Shown in pieces: positions 38,409-48,213 of a stretch of 64,000 nucleotides of DNA (position 1 is the stretch's first letter; each line of letters begins with the position of its first letter). The stretch is from Planctomycetota bacterium (lineage in GTDB: Bacteria > Planctomycetota > SZUA-567 > H5-PLA8): contig JBBRPR010000043.1 in assembly GCA_038227875.1 (NCBI GenBank), positions 1 to 64,000 of the forward strand, read 5' to 3'. The notes below the pieces were generated by a model that had not been told where the DNA came from, made no database searches, and was given only the letters and a program-made list of their open reading frames with translations. The position numbers and the translations under genes were made by a program.

Positions 38409-38861
38409 CTACTTGATCGACTTGTTGTCGCTCTCGTCCTTGTTCGCCTTGGAGTAGCCCTTCTCCTGGCGCTCCTGGTTGATGCGGTGTTTGGCAGTGT
38501 AGAGGCGGTGGAGCTCATCGGCCGTCAGCCCCGCGGTCAGCGCGAGACTGGTTAGGAAGTGCATCAAGTCGACGATCTCAACGCGGATGTTCTGGATGTC
38601 GATCTGATCTTTGCTCCACCATTTCCAGAGCAGATCCTGCTCGAGTTCCGCCGCTTCGCCCTGGAGCGCGCGCAGGTAATTGCGCAGCCACAGATTGGGC
38701 AGGCCGTTGGGACCCAGTTCTCCGCGCTCCAGCGCCGCCTGCATCGCGGCGACGGTGAGCAGCTTGCCGTCGGGACCGTTCATGTTCTGTTTCTTGAAGA
38801 TGCCGTCGTTCAATTCGGCCTGCAGCGCAAAGATATCGTGGAGCTTGTCGGTTTCAGGCAT
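38409..38861 (-). CDS. All-alpha NTP pyrophosphatase (dimeric dUTPase-like)
   Basis: E.AEL...WKWW...EIVDLMHFL.S...Y..K..IN..RQ..GY. Confidence 0.85.
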   Translation of the reverse strand: MPETDKLHDIFALQAELNDGIFKKQNMNGPDGKLLTVAAMQAALERGELGPNGLPNLWLRNYLRALQGEAAELEQDLLWKWWSKDQIDIQNIRVEIVDLMHFLTSLALTAGLTADELHRLYTAKHRINQERQEKGYSKANKDESDNKSIK

Positions 38862-38900
38862 GGACGGTTCCTTTTTCAGATGTTCGCGGGAAAGCGGAGT

Positions 38901-40361
38901 TTACTTCTCGCCTTCGATCTTCGCGCTGGTCTGCAGGTCGGTCGCGAGACTGGCGCGGCGGTCGTGGATCAGGTTGACGTAGACGTGCTCCGCAGCCTCG
39001 TCGAAAGTGACATCCTGCTGATCGAGGCATTTCAGGATGTGCCAGCCGAAGTCGCTGCGCACCGGCGGTGAGATTTCACCGGGCTTGAGCTTCGCCGCGG
39101 CATCGCGGACCGCGACGTCGCAGGGCGGCATCAGCACCGTTTCTTTGCCAACGCGGCCGATGGTGCCGCCGACGCGGGAGCTTTCGACATCATCGGAGAA
39201 CTTCTTCGCGGTCGCGACGAAATCGGTCTTTGCCGGTTCGACCAGGGAATCGATCTTCGGCTTCGCGGCGGCGAATTGTTCATCGCGGCGCTGCGCCACA
39301 TAAGTATTGAGCGGCGCGTGGCCGGGTACTTTCCACGCGGGAGTGTACGGACGGCCTTCCGGGTCGAGCACGCGGATGAAGATGTGCGCGATCAACGGTT
39401 CGGTGCGGTTGTAGCGCTTGGGATTGTTTTTGAATTCCGCCTGGAGCTGCGCCGCGCCAATCTTCGCGCGCGCCAGCTTGGTCATGGTCGCGTCGATGCG
39501 CGTGAGGCGATTGTGGATGAACTGTTCCGGCGTGATGCCCTGCGCCGCGAGCATCTGGCGCATCACCACGCGTCCCGGCGCGAAGGGCGGTTCCAGTTCC
39601 TTCTGGCGGCAGAGGTAGCTGAAGTGGAATTCCAGATCGTCCTCGGTGATCTCAAGTTTCGCCTTGGCCAGCGCGTGCTGGAAGATCTTCTCCAGTTTCA
39701 GCGCCTCCAGGCAGCGTTCAAATTCGCTCTTGGTGAACTGGCTGTGCGCTTCGGCGATGAAGTCGCGAATCATCTGCTTGCTGTAACCGCGGCCGCCGAT
39801 GCGCACACCTTCGCCGCCGCCCAGTTCCTTGGGATCTTTGACGATGCCCTTCTCGGAAAGCCGCTTTTCGAGCAATTGCTGCAGAGCCTCGCGGAACGCG
39901 CGGTCGTCGGTGTGCGCGTCGGGCTTGACGATTTTCTCCTGCTGAAACAGGCGCAGCATCGCCACCGCTTCGCGGGTCTGGCGGCGCAGCACGGACATCT
40001 GCAGGTTGAATTTGCTCGCCAGGTTTTCCGGCGTCAGGTCCTTGGGATCCAGTCCGGGAATTTTGTCGGCATAGGTTTTCAGGAGGTACTTTACTTCCTG
40101 GTCGGCGTCCGCATCGGTCACCGTGATCTTGCCCAGCTCAATTTCATCTTGCGTCAGCGCGTGCTGGACGAAGCCTTCGAGTTCCTTGTCCCAGACTTCT
40201 TCGATCTTGAGATCGATCAGGTCCTTGCCCAGAATCGGATCGCCGTCGATTTTGCTATAAATGTGCGCTTCGTCGATGGCCACCAGCGGCTCTTCGTCGA
40301 GCGCCCAGACGGACGCTGAGACGGCGCAGCACACCAGCACGGCAAGGAAACGGTTAGCCAT
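38901..40361 (-). CDS. Exported parvulin-type peptidyl-prolyl isomerase
   Basis: Signal peptide; AHIFI...F...AKKFSDD...GG.IG...LKPGEISPPVRSDFGWHILK. Confidence 0.85.
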   Translation of the reverse strand: MANRFLAVLVCCAVSASVWALDEEPLVAIDEAHIYSKIDGDPILGKDLIDLKIEEVWDKELEGFVQHALTQDEIELGKITVTDADADQEVKYLLKTYADKIPGLDPKDLTPENLASKFNLQMSVLRRQTREAVAMLRLFQQEKIVKPDAHTDDRAFREALQQLLEKRLSEKGIVKDPKELGGGEGVRIGGRGYSKQMIRDFIAEAHSQFTKSEFERCLEALKLEKIFQHALAKAKLEITEDDLEFHFSYLCRQKELEPPFAPGRVVMRQMLAAQGITPEQFIHNRLTRIDATMTKLARAKIGAAQLQAEFKNNPKRYNRTEPLIAHIFIRVLDPEGRPYTPAWKVPGHAPLNTYVAQRRDEQFAAAKPKIDSLVEPAKTDFVATAKKFSDDVESSRVGGTIGRVGKETVLMPPCDVAVRDAAAKLKPGEISPPVRSDFGWHILKCLDQQDVTFDEAAEHVYVNLIHDRRASLATDLQTSAKIEGEK

Positions 40362-40615
40362 GCCGTATGTTTAGTCCCTTTTCAGCACGCCCGCAAGCGG
40401 AGAGGAGTGGGGGAAGGGATCGAGTGGCGAGCGACGAATGAAGATAACGAATGACGAAAATACCCGCAAGGGGTGGGCTGGCGAGTCGGTTGCGCGGGTT
40501 GCTCCAGTTTGGCCGGCTGGAACTTGGCGGCGAGTTCGTGGCGATTGAGCGTCAGTAGGCGCTGGTGCTCATCGGCGGGTTATTCGTTTGTCATTCATCA
40601 GAGGCGACACTCCCG

Positions 40616-41059
40616 TTATTTGCTCCGCTCTGTGATGTGGGGGTCGAAGTAGTGGTCCATGGCGAGGAAGAGCGACTTGGAATGGCGAATGAACATGAAA
40701 TTCAGCACGGGTAGCGGCGGAATAAAGAGCATCAGCATCTGAGCGGTGGTCAGGTTGAAATAGTCACCGATGGTGAATATGGAAATCAGGCCCAGCATCC
40801 CCACGATGCCGTAGTTGAAACCCCAAGTCGAGAGCAGGAAGTAACCGTTCTCGCGGTTGTAGGCGTAGCCGCAGCGCGGGCAGCCGTCGAGCGGCTCCAT
40901 CCAATCGGAGAAGCGCTTCATCTTGTGGACAGGAACGAAGACCGGCGAGATCCCGCACTCGGGGCAGCACAGCCGCATCCCGCGCTTGAAGAAACTCCAC
41001 GCTTCTGGTTCGGGTCGGGTCCGCTTGATTTTGGTCAATTGCTGCTGTTGCTGCGCCAT
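40616..41059 (-). CDS. DUF983-like membrane protein with a zinc-ribbon motif
   Basis: CPECG...CPRCG...RENGYF followed by two TM helices; start at MAQQQQQ. Confidence 0.75.
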   Translation of the reverse strand: MAQQQQQLTKIKRTRPEPEAWSFFKRGMRLCCPECGISPVFVPVHKMKRFSDWMEPLDGCPRCGYAYNRENGYFLLSTWGFNYGIVGMLGLISIFTIGDYFNLTTAQMLMLFIPPLPVLNFMFIRHSKSLFLAMDHYFDPHITERSK

Positions 41060-41290
41060 CGGACTCAAGCCCCCAGATTGCATATGTATTGCGAGATTAT
41101 TCCGTGATCCAGCCGCGGTAGATAAAAAGCAATTCGCGGGCCGAACTGGAATTGCCACGGTGGCGCGGAACGCACCGGGGAGTAGACTGCGGCGACAGGA
41201 CTTACGCTTCCGGAACTCTCCCGAACGACGCGGCGCGATTCCGGATTGCGATAAAGCGTTTCTCGTTTTTGAACACGGTGGAGACCAGGT

Positions 41291-41839
41291 ATGAAACGCG
41301 TCTTCTTCGTGGCCTTGCTGGCGGCCGCTGTCATCGTGGCAATCTGGATGTACCTCCACACGCCTCAATCCAAACCACCGGTCGTTGGTCCTGTCACAGT
41401 TCCGCCGATGACGACTCCGCCGGGAACTCTGCCGAACGGGCCACTGATTTACGAAGACGACATTTCCAACCGGGATATCCAATGGGAAGACAGCGGTCGG
41501 GCCGCAGGTCTGCTGCATGTTAACGAAGCCGTAACCGGAGCCGGTAACGTGAAGGTTGCCACGCGGCAGGTTGGCGAAGCCCGCTGGGTGCTGCTGCTGA
41601 CGCCAGGAATGCAGAAGTACGCCTCGCTGGACGGCACTTGGCAGCTGGGTGATTTTCCGGAACTGGCGACCGCCGGTTTTCAAGATCCGCCGCCGCCGAT
41701 CCTGCGCGGGATGAGCATCCACCGTTCGCTGACCCGGGCGGAGATGAAGTACTCCGTTGCAGCCGGAGACCGGATCGTGGTTCTCGTCTGCCCAAAGGAA
41801 GTGTGGGATCGGCTGAACTTGCGCTGGCCGGCCAAATAA
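41291..41839 (+). CDS. Hypothetical membrane-anchored protein
   Basis: GGAG RBS, N-terminal TM helix, Pro-rich linker. Confidence 0.65.
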   Translation: MKRVFFVALLAAAVIVAIWMYLHTPQSKPPVVGPVTVPPMTTPPGTLPNGPLIYEDDISNRDIQWEDSGRAAGLLHVNEAVTGAGNVKVATRQVGEARWVLLLTPGMQKYASLDGTWQLGDFPELATAGFQDPPPPILRGMSIHRSLTRAEMKYSVAAGDRIVVLVCPKEVWDRLNLRWPAK

Positions 41840-42021
41840 CGCTCGGCGGCAAGCCTTTCCGGGCCGAAAAAATCATCGCACGTTGTGTGAAATCGCAAGT
41901 TTAACTAGAAAAAGGTATGAACATTTTTGGTAGGCTATTAAGCTTCTCCGATCATCCGTGACACATAGCGCCTTCTGAGCCCATTACGTACATCTATTCC
42001 GTTCGAAGGAGCTGCTCTTCG

Positions 42022-45000
42022 ATGCGTCGTTGGTTGCCTTCCTTATTGCTCCTGATGTTCATCAGCTGCGCGCTGCATGCGGCGAGTATTCCCACGGGCG
42101 CCGTCGGCGTGCAGATTGCGGCGCCGGCCGATCCGCTTCACGTTGCGAAATACGACAAGTTGGAACTGCTCGTCAGTCTGACGACCTCCGCGACGAACAA
42201 TTTCAATCCAGATCCGACGACTGGCGTGGATCTCAACGCGACCTTCACGGCGCCTGACGCATCTACCACGAAAGTCAACGGCTTCTACGACGGCTCAAGC
42301 TGGCGCGTACGCTTTGCGCCGACGCAGTTGGGCAACTGGACGTTCACGGTTTCGGCGACGGACAGCGGCGGCACAGCCACGTGGACAGGGGGCAGCTTTA
42401 CCTGTGTGGCGTCGAGCAGCCCCGGGTTTGCGAAGATTGATGGCACGTACCTGCGCTTTTCCGAAGGGCAGGCGATGTTTGCGATCGGGCACAATAACGG
42501 CTGGCTTTACGACGTTGAACAGCCGTCGTTCTCCAGCATGGCGGCGCAGGGCGAGAATCTGCTCAGCTTCTGGCTCAATTCGCCCTGGAAAACTCCGGGG
42601 GAAGCTGAGCCGCGTTGCCCGATCGAAAATGTCACGCAGGGCATCGGCGTCTACAACCAGCCGGCTTGCGCATACCTGGATGGCGTGGTCGCACGCGCGG
42701 AGAGCGCGGGCGTGTATCTGCTGCCGAGCATCTGGTCGCACGGCAATCTGCGCTATTATAATACGGTAAGCGATCCGCAGAATCATCCGTGGGGCCAGGG
42801 CTGGTGGAGCAACAACGCGTACAGCGCGATCTGTTCGGCGGCGGATTTTTTCAACACGGGCGGCGGCACGGACACGGCGCAGTGGAAGTACCAGAAAAAT
42901 TATTACCGCTACCTGATCGCGCGCTACGGTTACAGCCGCGCGATCATCGGCTGGGTGGCGGTGGTGGAGATTGAAGGCACAACCGGCTACGGGGTCAGCG
43001 GACAGCCCGCCGGTTACGCCAATGCGGCGCAGGCGCGGACGTGGTGCGCGGCGGTACGCAATTACTTCGCGGCCAACGATCCGTTCCGCTTGAGCTCGAG
43101 TAGCAAGTATCCGATCTCCGTCAGCCAGACCGATTACTACAATACCGAAACAACGTGGGCCAGCGGCTGCGACATGTCCGCAGCCGATTCCTACACGAAG
43201 CAGACCGACGCCACAGCGGTGGCGACGGCGATCGCCAACGAGATCGGCGGCGGCGGTGGCGTTACGGCGATGCGCGCGTCGGGGCGGCCGAGCTTCATGG
43301 CGGAATTTGGCGCGAGTGAACCGAATTCGAATTACAACACGTATCAGCCGAAGCATTTTCACAACGGGCTGTGGGCAGGCACGGCGGCCGGCAGTTGCTT
43401 GGCACCTTTATTGTGGTGCGACGAAGGAAACTTCCCGATGCTGACCGACGCGAACATCGGAACGCAACTCCGCGCGCAATTGCAGCATCTCCAGGAATTC
43501 ACGTCCAGCATAGTTTACATCGATGCGCCGAGTTTTGCGCCGCTGACCGTTTCGGTTGGATCGGGCTTCAACGCGCGAGGCATGGGCCTGGCCGACCGCG
43601 GCTTTGGCTGGATTCAGAACACGGCCGGAAATGTGGGCGGACAGACGCTGACGGTCTCGGGGCTGACAGCGGGAAAATACAATGTCTTCTGGTACGACAC
43701 GTGGACGAGCGGATCGACGCCGCTGTCGCTTCAGCCGCAAGTGATCACGGTGACCGGCACGGGCGTGTTGACGGCGACGGTGCCGACGCCCGGCACGGCA
43801 CGCGCGGACCTGGCGTTCAAGTTTTTCCTGAACGCGGCGCCGACGATTGCTGTCGCGGCGACGGCGAGCCCGAGTCCGGTGATTGGCACAACAACGACGC
43901 TGAGCGTGCTGGGGGCGGACGACACGAGCGAAGCGTATCTCACCTATCAGTGGGCGGTCGTGGGCACGCCACCGGCCGCGCCGGTGATTGCGATCAACAA
44001 TTCCAACGTGGCCAAGTCGACGGGCGTGACATTTTCGAAAATCGGCAGCTATGGTTTCAAGGTAACGATTACCGACACCGCGGGTGCGACGGTCAGTAGC
44101 GGCACGGTCACGGTTCAGGTCAACGCGACGCCCACGTCGATCATCGTTTCACCGGCCAGCACCACCGTGCCGCTCAATGGCAGCGCGAATTTTACGGCGC
44201 AGGTATTTGATCAGTTTGGCGCAGCGACTTCCGCGACGGTGGGTTACGCGGTCTCGGGCGGCGGCAGCATTGACGCGGCCGGACTATTCACGGCAGGCGC
44301 GATCGAAGGCGGGCCGTTTACCATCACCGCATCGGCGGGTTCGGCGAGTGGCACGGCGACCGTGGGCATCATCAACGCGGCTCCGTCGATTTCCGCAACC
44401 ACGGCCAATCCCACGACCGTAAGCGGCACGTCCACGGCGCTGAGCGTCACCGCGACCGACGATGGCGGCGAAGCGGGCTTGTGCTACACGTGGGCCGTGA
44501 CGGCGGCACCGCCGGGCGGGACTGCTGTTTTCAGTCTCAACGGTTCGAACGGGGCGAAGAATTCCACGGCAACGTTCACCAAGGCGGGTGCCTATACATT
44601 CTCTGTCGTGGCGGCCGACGGCGGCGGTCTCAACGCGAGCAGCACAGTCAGCGTCACGGTCTCGCAGACGGCCACGACGGTCCTGGTTGCGCCGGCCACG
44701 GTGTCCATCGCCGAATTTTCGACGCAACAGTATACGGCCAGCATCGCCGACCAGTTCGGCGCAGCAATAGTGGCAACGCCGGCGTGGTCGGTGACCGGCG
44801 GAGGTTCGATCAACGGCGCAGGGCTTTACACGGCGGGACTCGCGGGCGGCGCGACAGTGAAAGCCACGAGCGGTGCGGCGAGCGGTTCGGCGAGCGTGAC
44901 GATCGTTCACATCAACACTGCGCCGGTCATTTCCGCGGCGTCGGCCACTCCCGCGACGGTCAGTGGAACCACCAGCGCGCTTTCCGTCACCGCGACGGAT

Positions 45001-48000
45001 GATGGTGGTGAGGCGGGGTTGACGTATGCGTGGTCGGTCGTCAGCGCTCCGAATGGCGCGACAGTGAATTTCACTCCCAATGGCACGAACGCCGCGAAGA
45101 ATGCCAGTGCGCTGTTCAGCGCGCCGGGCAACTACCAGCTTTCAGTGAGCGCCGTCGACTCCGCGGCGTTGAGCGATTCGAAGACGGTGAATGTGACGGT
45201 GCAGCAGACGCTGACGAGCATCGACGTCTCTCCCGCATCGCCGGTGGTCGTCTCGAATGGAACGCAACTCTTTACTGCGACTCCGCGCGATCAGTATGGA
45301 TCGCCCATGGTCGCGCCCCTTATATGGAGCGTGAGCGGCGGCGGCAGCATCGATCAGAGCGGCAATCTGAACGCGCAGACGGCGGCGGGGTCGTTCACCG
45401 TGAACGCAACCAGCGGCGCGATTGTGGGCAGCACGAACTTCACTGTTTCGAATACGGCACCGGTGATCGCCGCCGTTACCGCGACGCCGGACACGGTCGC
45501 GGGCGCGACGACCAACTTGCAAGCCACGGCCAGCGACGATGGCGGCGAAGCGAACCTGACGTACGCATGGTCGCTGACCAGCGCGCCCAGCGGCGGGTCG
45601 GCGAGTTTCAGCGCCACGGGTTCGCATGCGGCGCAGAATTCCACGGCGACGTTTACGAAGTCGGGCAACTATCTGTTGAACGTCACGGTGACCGACGGCG
45701 CGGGGCTGGCGAGTTCGTCGTCGGTTGGGGTCACGGTCGCGCAGACGCCGACGGTGATCACCGTTGCGCCGGGCAGCGTGGTGCTTGAACCCAACGTCAC
45801 GCAGAATTTCAGCGCGACGGTCACCGATCAATTTGGCAGCGTTTTTTCCCCTGTACTAACGTGGAGCGTGGACGCCGGCGGCAGCATCGATTCCAGCGGC
45901 GTGTTTACCGCCGGTGCGGCACAGGGCGGGCCCTTCACGGTTTCCGCCGCCGCAGGCAGCGCGACGGGCACGGCGAGCGTATCCCTTCAGCACACCAACA
46001 CCGCGCCGGTGATTGGCGCCGTCGCCGCGAATCCAACGACGGTCACCGGCACCACCAGCGCGCTGAGCGTGACCGCCAGCGACGACGGCGGCGAAGCGGG
46101 ACTCGCGTACACCTGGGCCGTGACCAGCGCGCCCAGCGGAGGTTCGGCGAGCTTCAACCTCAACGGTTCGAACGCGGCGAAGAACGCGACGGCGACGTTC
46201 ACGAAGGCCGGGACCTATGGGTTCTCGGTCACGGCGACGGATGGCGGGAATCTCACAGCGGTCGGGACGGTTTCCGTGACGGTAACGCAGACGGCCAGCG
46301 CGGTAGTCGTCACGCCGGCGAATGTGTCGCTCAACGAAAACGCGACGCAGCAGTACGCGGCGAGCATCACCGATCAGTTCGGCGCCACGTTGATCGCTAC
46401 GCCGACCTGGTCGGCGACGGGGAATGGATCGGTCAACGCGTCTGGCCTCTTCACTTCAGGACTGGCGGGTGCGGCGAGCGTGAAGGCGACCAGCGGAGCG
46501 GCCAGCGGCACGGCGAGCGTAACGGTCGTTCATCTCAACACCGCGCCGGTGATCGGCGCCGTCGCCGCGAATCCCACGACGGTGACCGGCACGACCAGCG
46601 CGCTGAGCGTGACCGCCAGCGACGACGGCGGCGAAGCGGGACTGAGCTACACGTGGGCCGTGACCTCAACGCCCAGCGGCGGTTCAGCGACCTTCAGCTT
46701 CAACGGAACGAATGCGGCAAAGAACGCGACGGCGACGTTCACGAAGGCCGGGACGTACGGGTTCTCGGTCACGGCGATGGACGGCGGTAGTCTCTCGGCG
46801 GTCGGATCGGTTTCGGTGACGGTGACGCAGACGGCCAGCGCGGTAGTCGTCACGCCGGCGAATGTGTCGCTCAACGAAAACGCGACGCAGCAGTACGCGG
46901 CGAGCATCACCGATCAGTTCGGCGCTACCTTGATCGCCACGCCGACGTGGTCGGCGACGGGGAATGGATCGGTCAATGCATCAGGATTTTTCACGGCAGG
47001 ATTGGCGGGCGCGGCGAGCGTGAAAGCAACGAGCGGCGGGGCCAACGGCACAGCGAGCGTGACGATTGTTCATCTCAACACACCGCCGGTAATCGGAGCA
47101 GTGAATGTCGGCGCGAATCCGGTCTCGGGAACGAACACAACCTTGAGTGCCACGGCCAGCGACGATGCGGGCGAGCCGCTGCTGATTTACACATGGTCGG
47201 TGACGAGTGCACCGCCGGGCGGGTCGGCGAGCTTCAGTGCCAACGGCACGAACGCGGCGAAGAACGCGGTCGTCACGTTCACGACGGCCGGTGCGTATAC
47301 GTTTGGTTTGACAGTCAAAGACGGCGGCGGTCTGAGCGGCATCGGCAGCGTGTCGACGACAGTCAACGCTACACTCGGCGCGATGTCGATGTCGCCGACT
47401 TCAGCGATGCTACCCGTGAACGGATCGATGCAATTCAGCGCCACGGTCACGGATCAGTTCCAAAAATCGATGAGCGTAGCGTGGGCCGCGACGGGCGGGA
47501 CGGTCAGCCCCACGGGAATTTACACCGCCGACACGACGCCGGGGACGTACGCGGTGACGATCTCGGCGGGCGGAAGTTCCCAGAACGCCACGGTTACGGT
47601 GGCGCAGGGCACGCTGACAGCCACGCTGGCGACTCCGGCGACTTCGACCAACCTCGCCACGGAAGGCACGACCGACTGGGCGCATTGGGGCACGACCACG
47701 GCACTGAGTTACGACCACAAGGCCAACGTCACGCCGCAGATCAGCACGTTCGCCAAAGTGGGCAACGGCACGGTCACACGCGTGACCACCGGAGCGACTG
47801 CGACGTGGACCGGCGGCACGCCGACGGCCAAGGGTTCCGGAAAAACCGGGCTGCTCACGACGGGCGTGAACAACGGCTACTCCATCACGGTGCCCGCCAC
47901 GTCCGCCGTGCAGCGCTTGAATGTCTACGTCGGCGTCTACAAGGCGAAGGGCAAGCTCACCGCAACGCTCAGCGACGGCAGCGCCGTGAGTTACGTGGAC

Positions 48001-48207
48001 ACGTCGGTGACCACCGCTTCAGGAACGCTCAACCGCGTTTACTCCTTCCAGTTCGCGGCTGTCAACCCCGGCGCAACGCTGACGGTGACGTGGACGATGG
48101 TGTCAGGCAGTAGCGGCGGCGGCGTGACGCTGCAGTCGGCGACGCTGGGCAGCGGAGCGCTGACGGGCGCGAAAATCGCAGGCGTGACGGGATCGAAGAA
48201 GAAGTAA
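42022..48207 (+). CDS. Large secreted glycoside hydrolase-like protein (DUF5060-like N-terminus, clan GH-A-like barrel) with seven tandem PKD/Ig modules
   Basis: Signal peptide; NGFYDG..WRVRFAP..G.W; YLIARYG...W...VEIE and MAEFG candidate catalytic Glu residues; seven repeats of about 180 aa (N.AP...DDGGEA.L.Y.W...DQFG). Confidence 0.8.
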   Translation: MRRWLPSLLLLMFISCALHAASIPTGAVGVQIAAPADPLHVAKYDKLELLVSLTTSATNNFNPDPTTGVDLNATFTAPDASTTKVNGFYDGSSWRVRFAPTQLGNWTFTVSATDSGGTATWTGGSFTCVASSSPGFAKIDGTYLRFSEGQAMFAIGHNNGWLYDVEQPSFSSMAAQGENLLSFWLNSPWKTPGEAEPRCPIENVTQGIGVYNQPACAYLDGVVARAESAGVYLLPSIWSHGNLRYYNTVSDPQNHPWGQGWWSNNAYSAICSAADFFNTGGGTDTAQWKYQKNYYRYLIARYGYSRAIIGWVAVVEIEGTTGYGVSGQPAGYANAAQARTWCAAVRNYFAANDPFRLSSSSKYPISVSQTDYYNTETTWASGCDMSAADSYTKQTDATAVATAIANEIGGGGGVTAMRASGRPSFMAEFGASEPNSNYNTYQPKHFHNGLWAGTAAGSCLAPLLWCDEGNFPMLTDANIGTQLRAQLQHLQEFTSSIVYIDAPSFAPLTVSVGSGFNARGMGLADRGFGWIQNTAGNVGGQTLTVSGLTAGKYNVFWYDTWTSGSTPLSLQPQVITVTGTGVLTATVPTPGTARADLAFKFFLNAAPTIAVAATASPSPVIGTTTTLSVLGADDTSEAYLTYQWAVVGTPPAAPVIAINNSNVAKSTGVTFSKIGSYGFKVTITDTAGATVSSGTVTVQVNATPTSIIVSPASTTVPLNGSANFTAQVFDQFGAATSATVGYAVSGGGSIDAAGLFTAGAIEGGPFTITASAGSASGTATVGIINAAPSISATTANPTTVSGTSTALSVTATDDGGEAGLCYTWAVTAAPPGGTAVFSLNGSNGAKNSTATFTKAGAYTFSVVAADGGGLNASSTVSVTVSQTATTVLVAPATVSIAEFSTQQYTASIADQFGAAIVATPAWSVTGGGSINGAGLYTAGLAGGATVKATSGAASGSASVTIVHINTAPVISAASATPATVSGTTSALSVTATDDGGEAGLTYAWSVVSAPNGATVNFTPNGTNAAKNASALFSAPGNYQLSVSAVDSAALSDSKTVNVTVQQTLTSIDVSPASPVVVSNGTQLFTATPRDQYGSPMVAPLIWSVSGGGSIDQSGNLNAQTAAGSFTVNATSGAIVGSTNFTVSNTAPVIAAVTATPDTVAGATTNLQATASDDGGEANLTYAWSLTSAPSGGSASFSATGSHAAQNSTATFTKSGNYLLNVTVTDGAGLASSSSVGVTVAQTPTVITVAPGSVVLEPNVTQNFSATVTDQFGSVFSPVLTWSVDAGGSIDSSGVFTAGAAQGGPFTVSAAAGSATGTASVSLQHTNTAPVIGAVAANPTTVTGTTSALSVTASDDGGEAGLAYTWAVTSAPSGGSASFNLNGSNAAKNATATFTKAGTYGFSVTATDGGNLTAVGTVSVTVTQTASAVVVTPANVSLNENATQQYAASITDQFGATLIATPTWSATGNGSVNASGLFTSGLAGAASVKATSGAASGTASVTVVHLNTAPVIGAVAANPTTVTGTTSALSVTASDDGGEAGLSYTWAVTSTPSGGSATFSFNGTNAAKNATATFTKAGTYGFSVTAMDGGSLSAVGSVSVTVTQTASAVVVTPANVSLNENATQQYAASITDQFGATLIATPTWSATGNGSVNASGFFTAGLAGAASVKATSGGANGTASVTIVHLNTPPVIGAVNVGANPVSGTNTTLSATASDDAGEPLLIYTWSVTSAPPGGSASFSANGTNAAKNAVVTFTTAGAYTFGLTVKDGGGLSGIGSVSTTVNATLGAMSMSPTSAMLPVNGSMQFSATVTDQFQKSMSVAWAATGGTVSPTGIYTADTTPGTYAVTISAGGSSQNATVTVAQGTLTATLATPATSTNLATEGTTDWAHWGTTTALSYDHKANVTPQISTFAKVGNGTVTRVTTGATATWTGGTPTAKGSGKTGLLTTGVNNGYSITVPATSAVQRLNVYVGVYKAKGKLTATLSDGSAVSYVDTSVTTASGTLNRVYSFQFAAVNPGATLTVTWTMVSGSSGGGVTLQSATLGSGALTGAKIAGVTGSKKK
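45991..47070 (+). repeat. Near-identical 540-bp intragenic tandem duplication
   Basis: Units start at 45991 and 46531; long identical stretches, e.g. acgcagacggccagcgcggtagtcgtcacgccggcgaatgtgtcgctcaacgaaaac. Confidence 0.9.
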
Positions 48208-48213
48208 ACTCTC

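Noticed and set aside
41060..41722. N-terminal extension of the 368-aa ORF 40616-41722
   Set aside because: It overlaps the opposite-strand gene at 41291 and looks non-coding; the real start is probably 41059
45991..47070. Long direct repeats as a possible CRISPR array or DGR template/variable pair
   Set aside because: In-frame protein domain repeats with no spacers; differences are not adenine-specific; no cas or reverse transcriptase gene in the window
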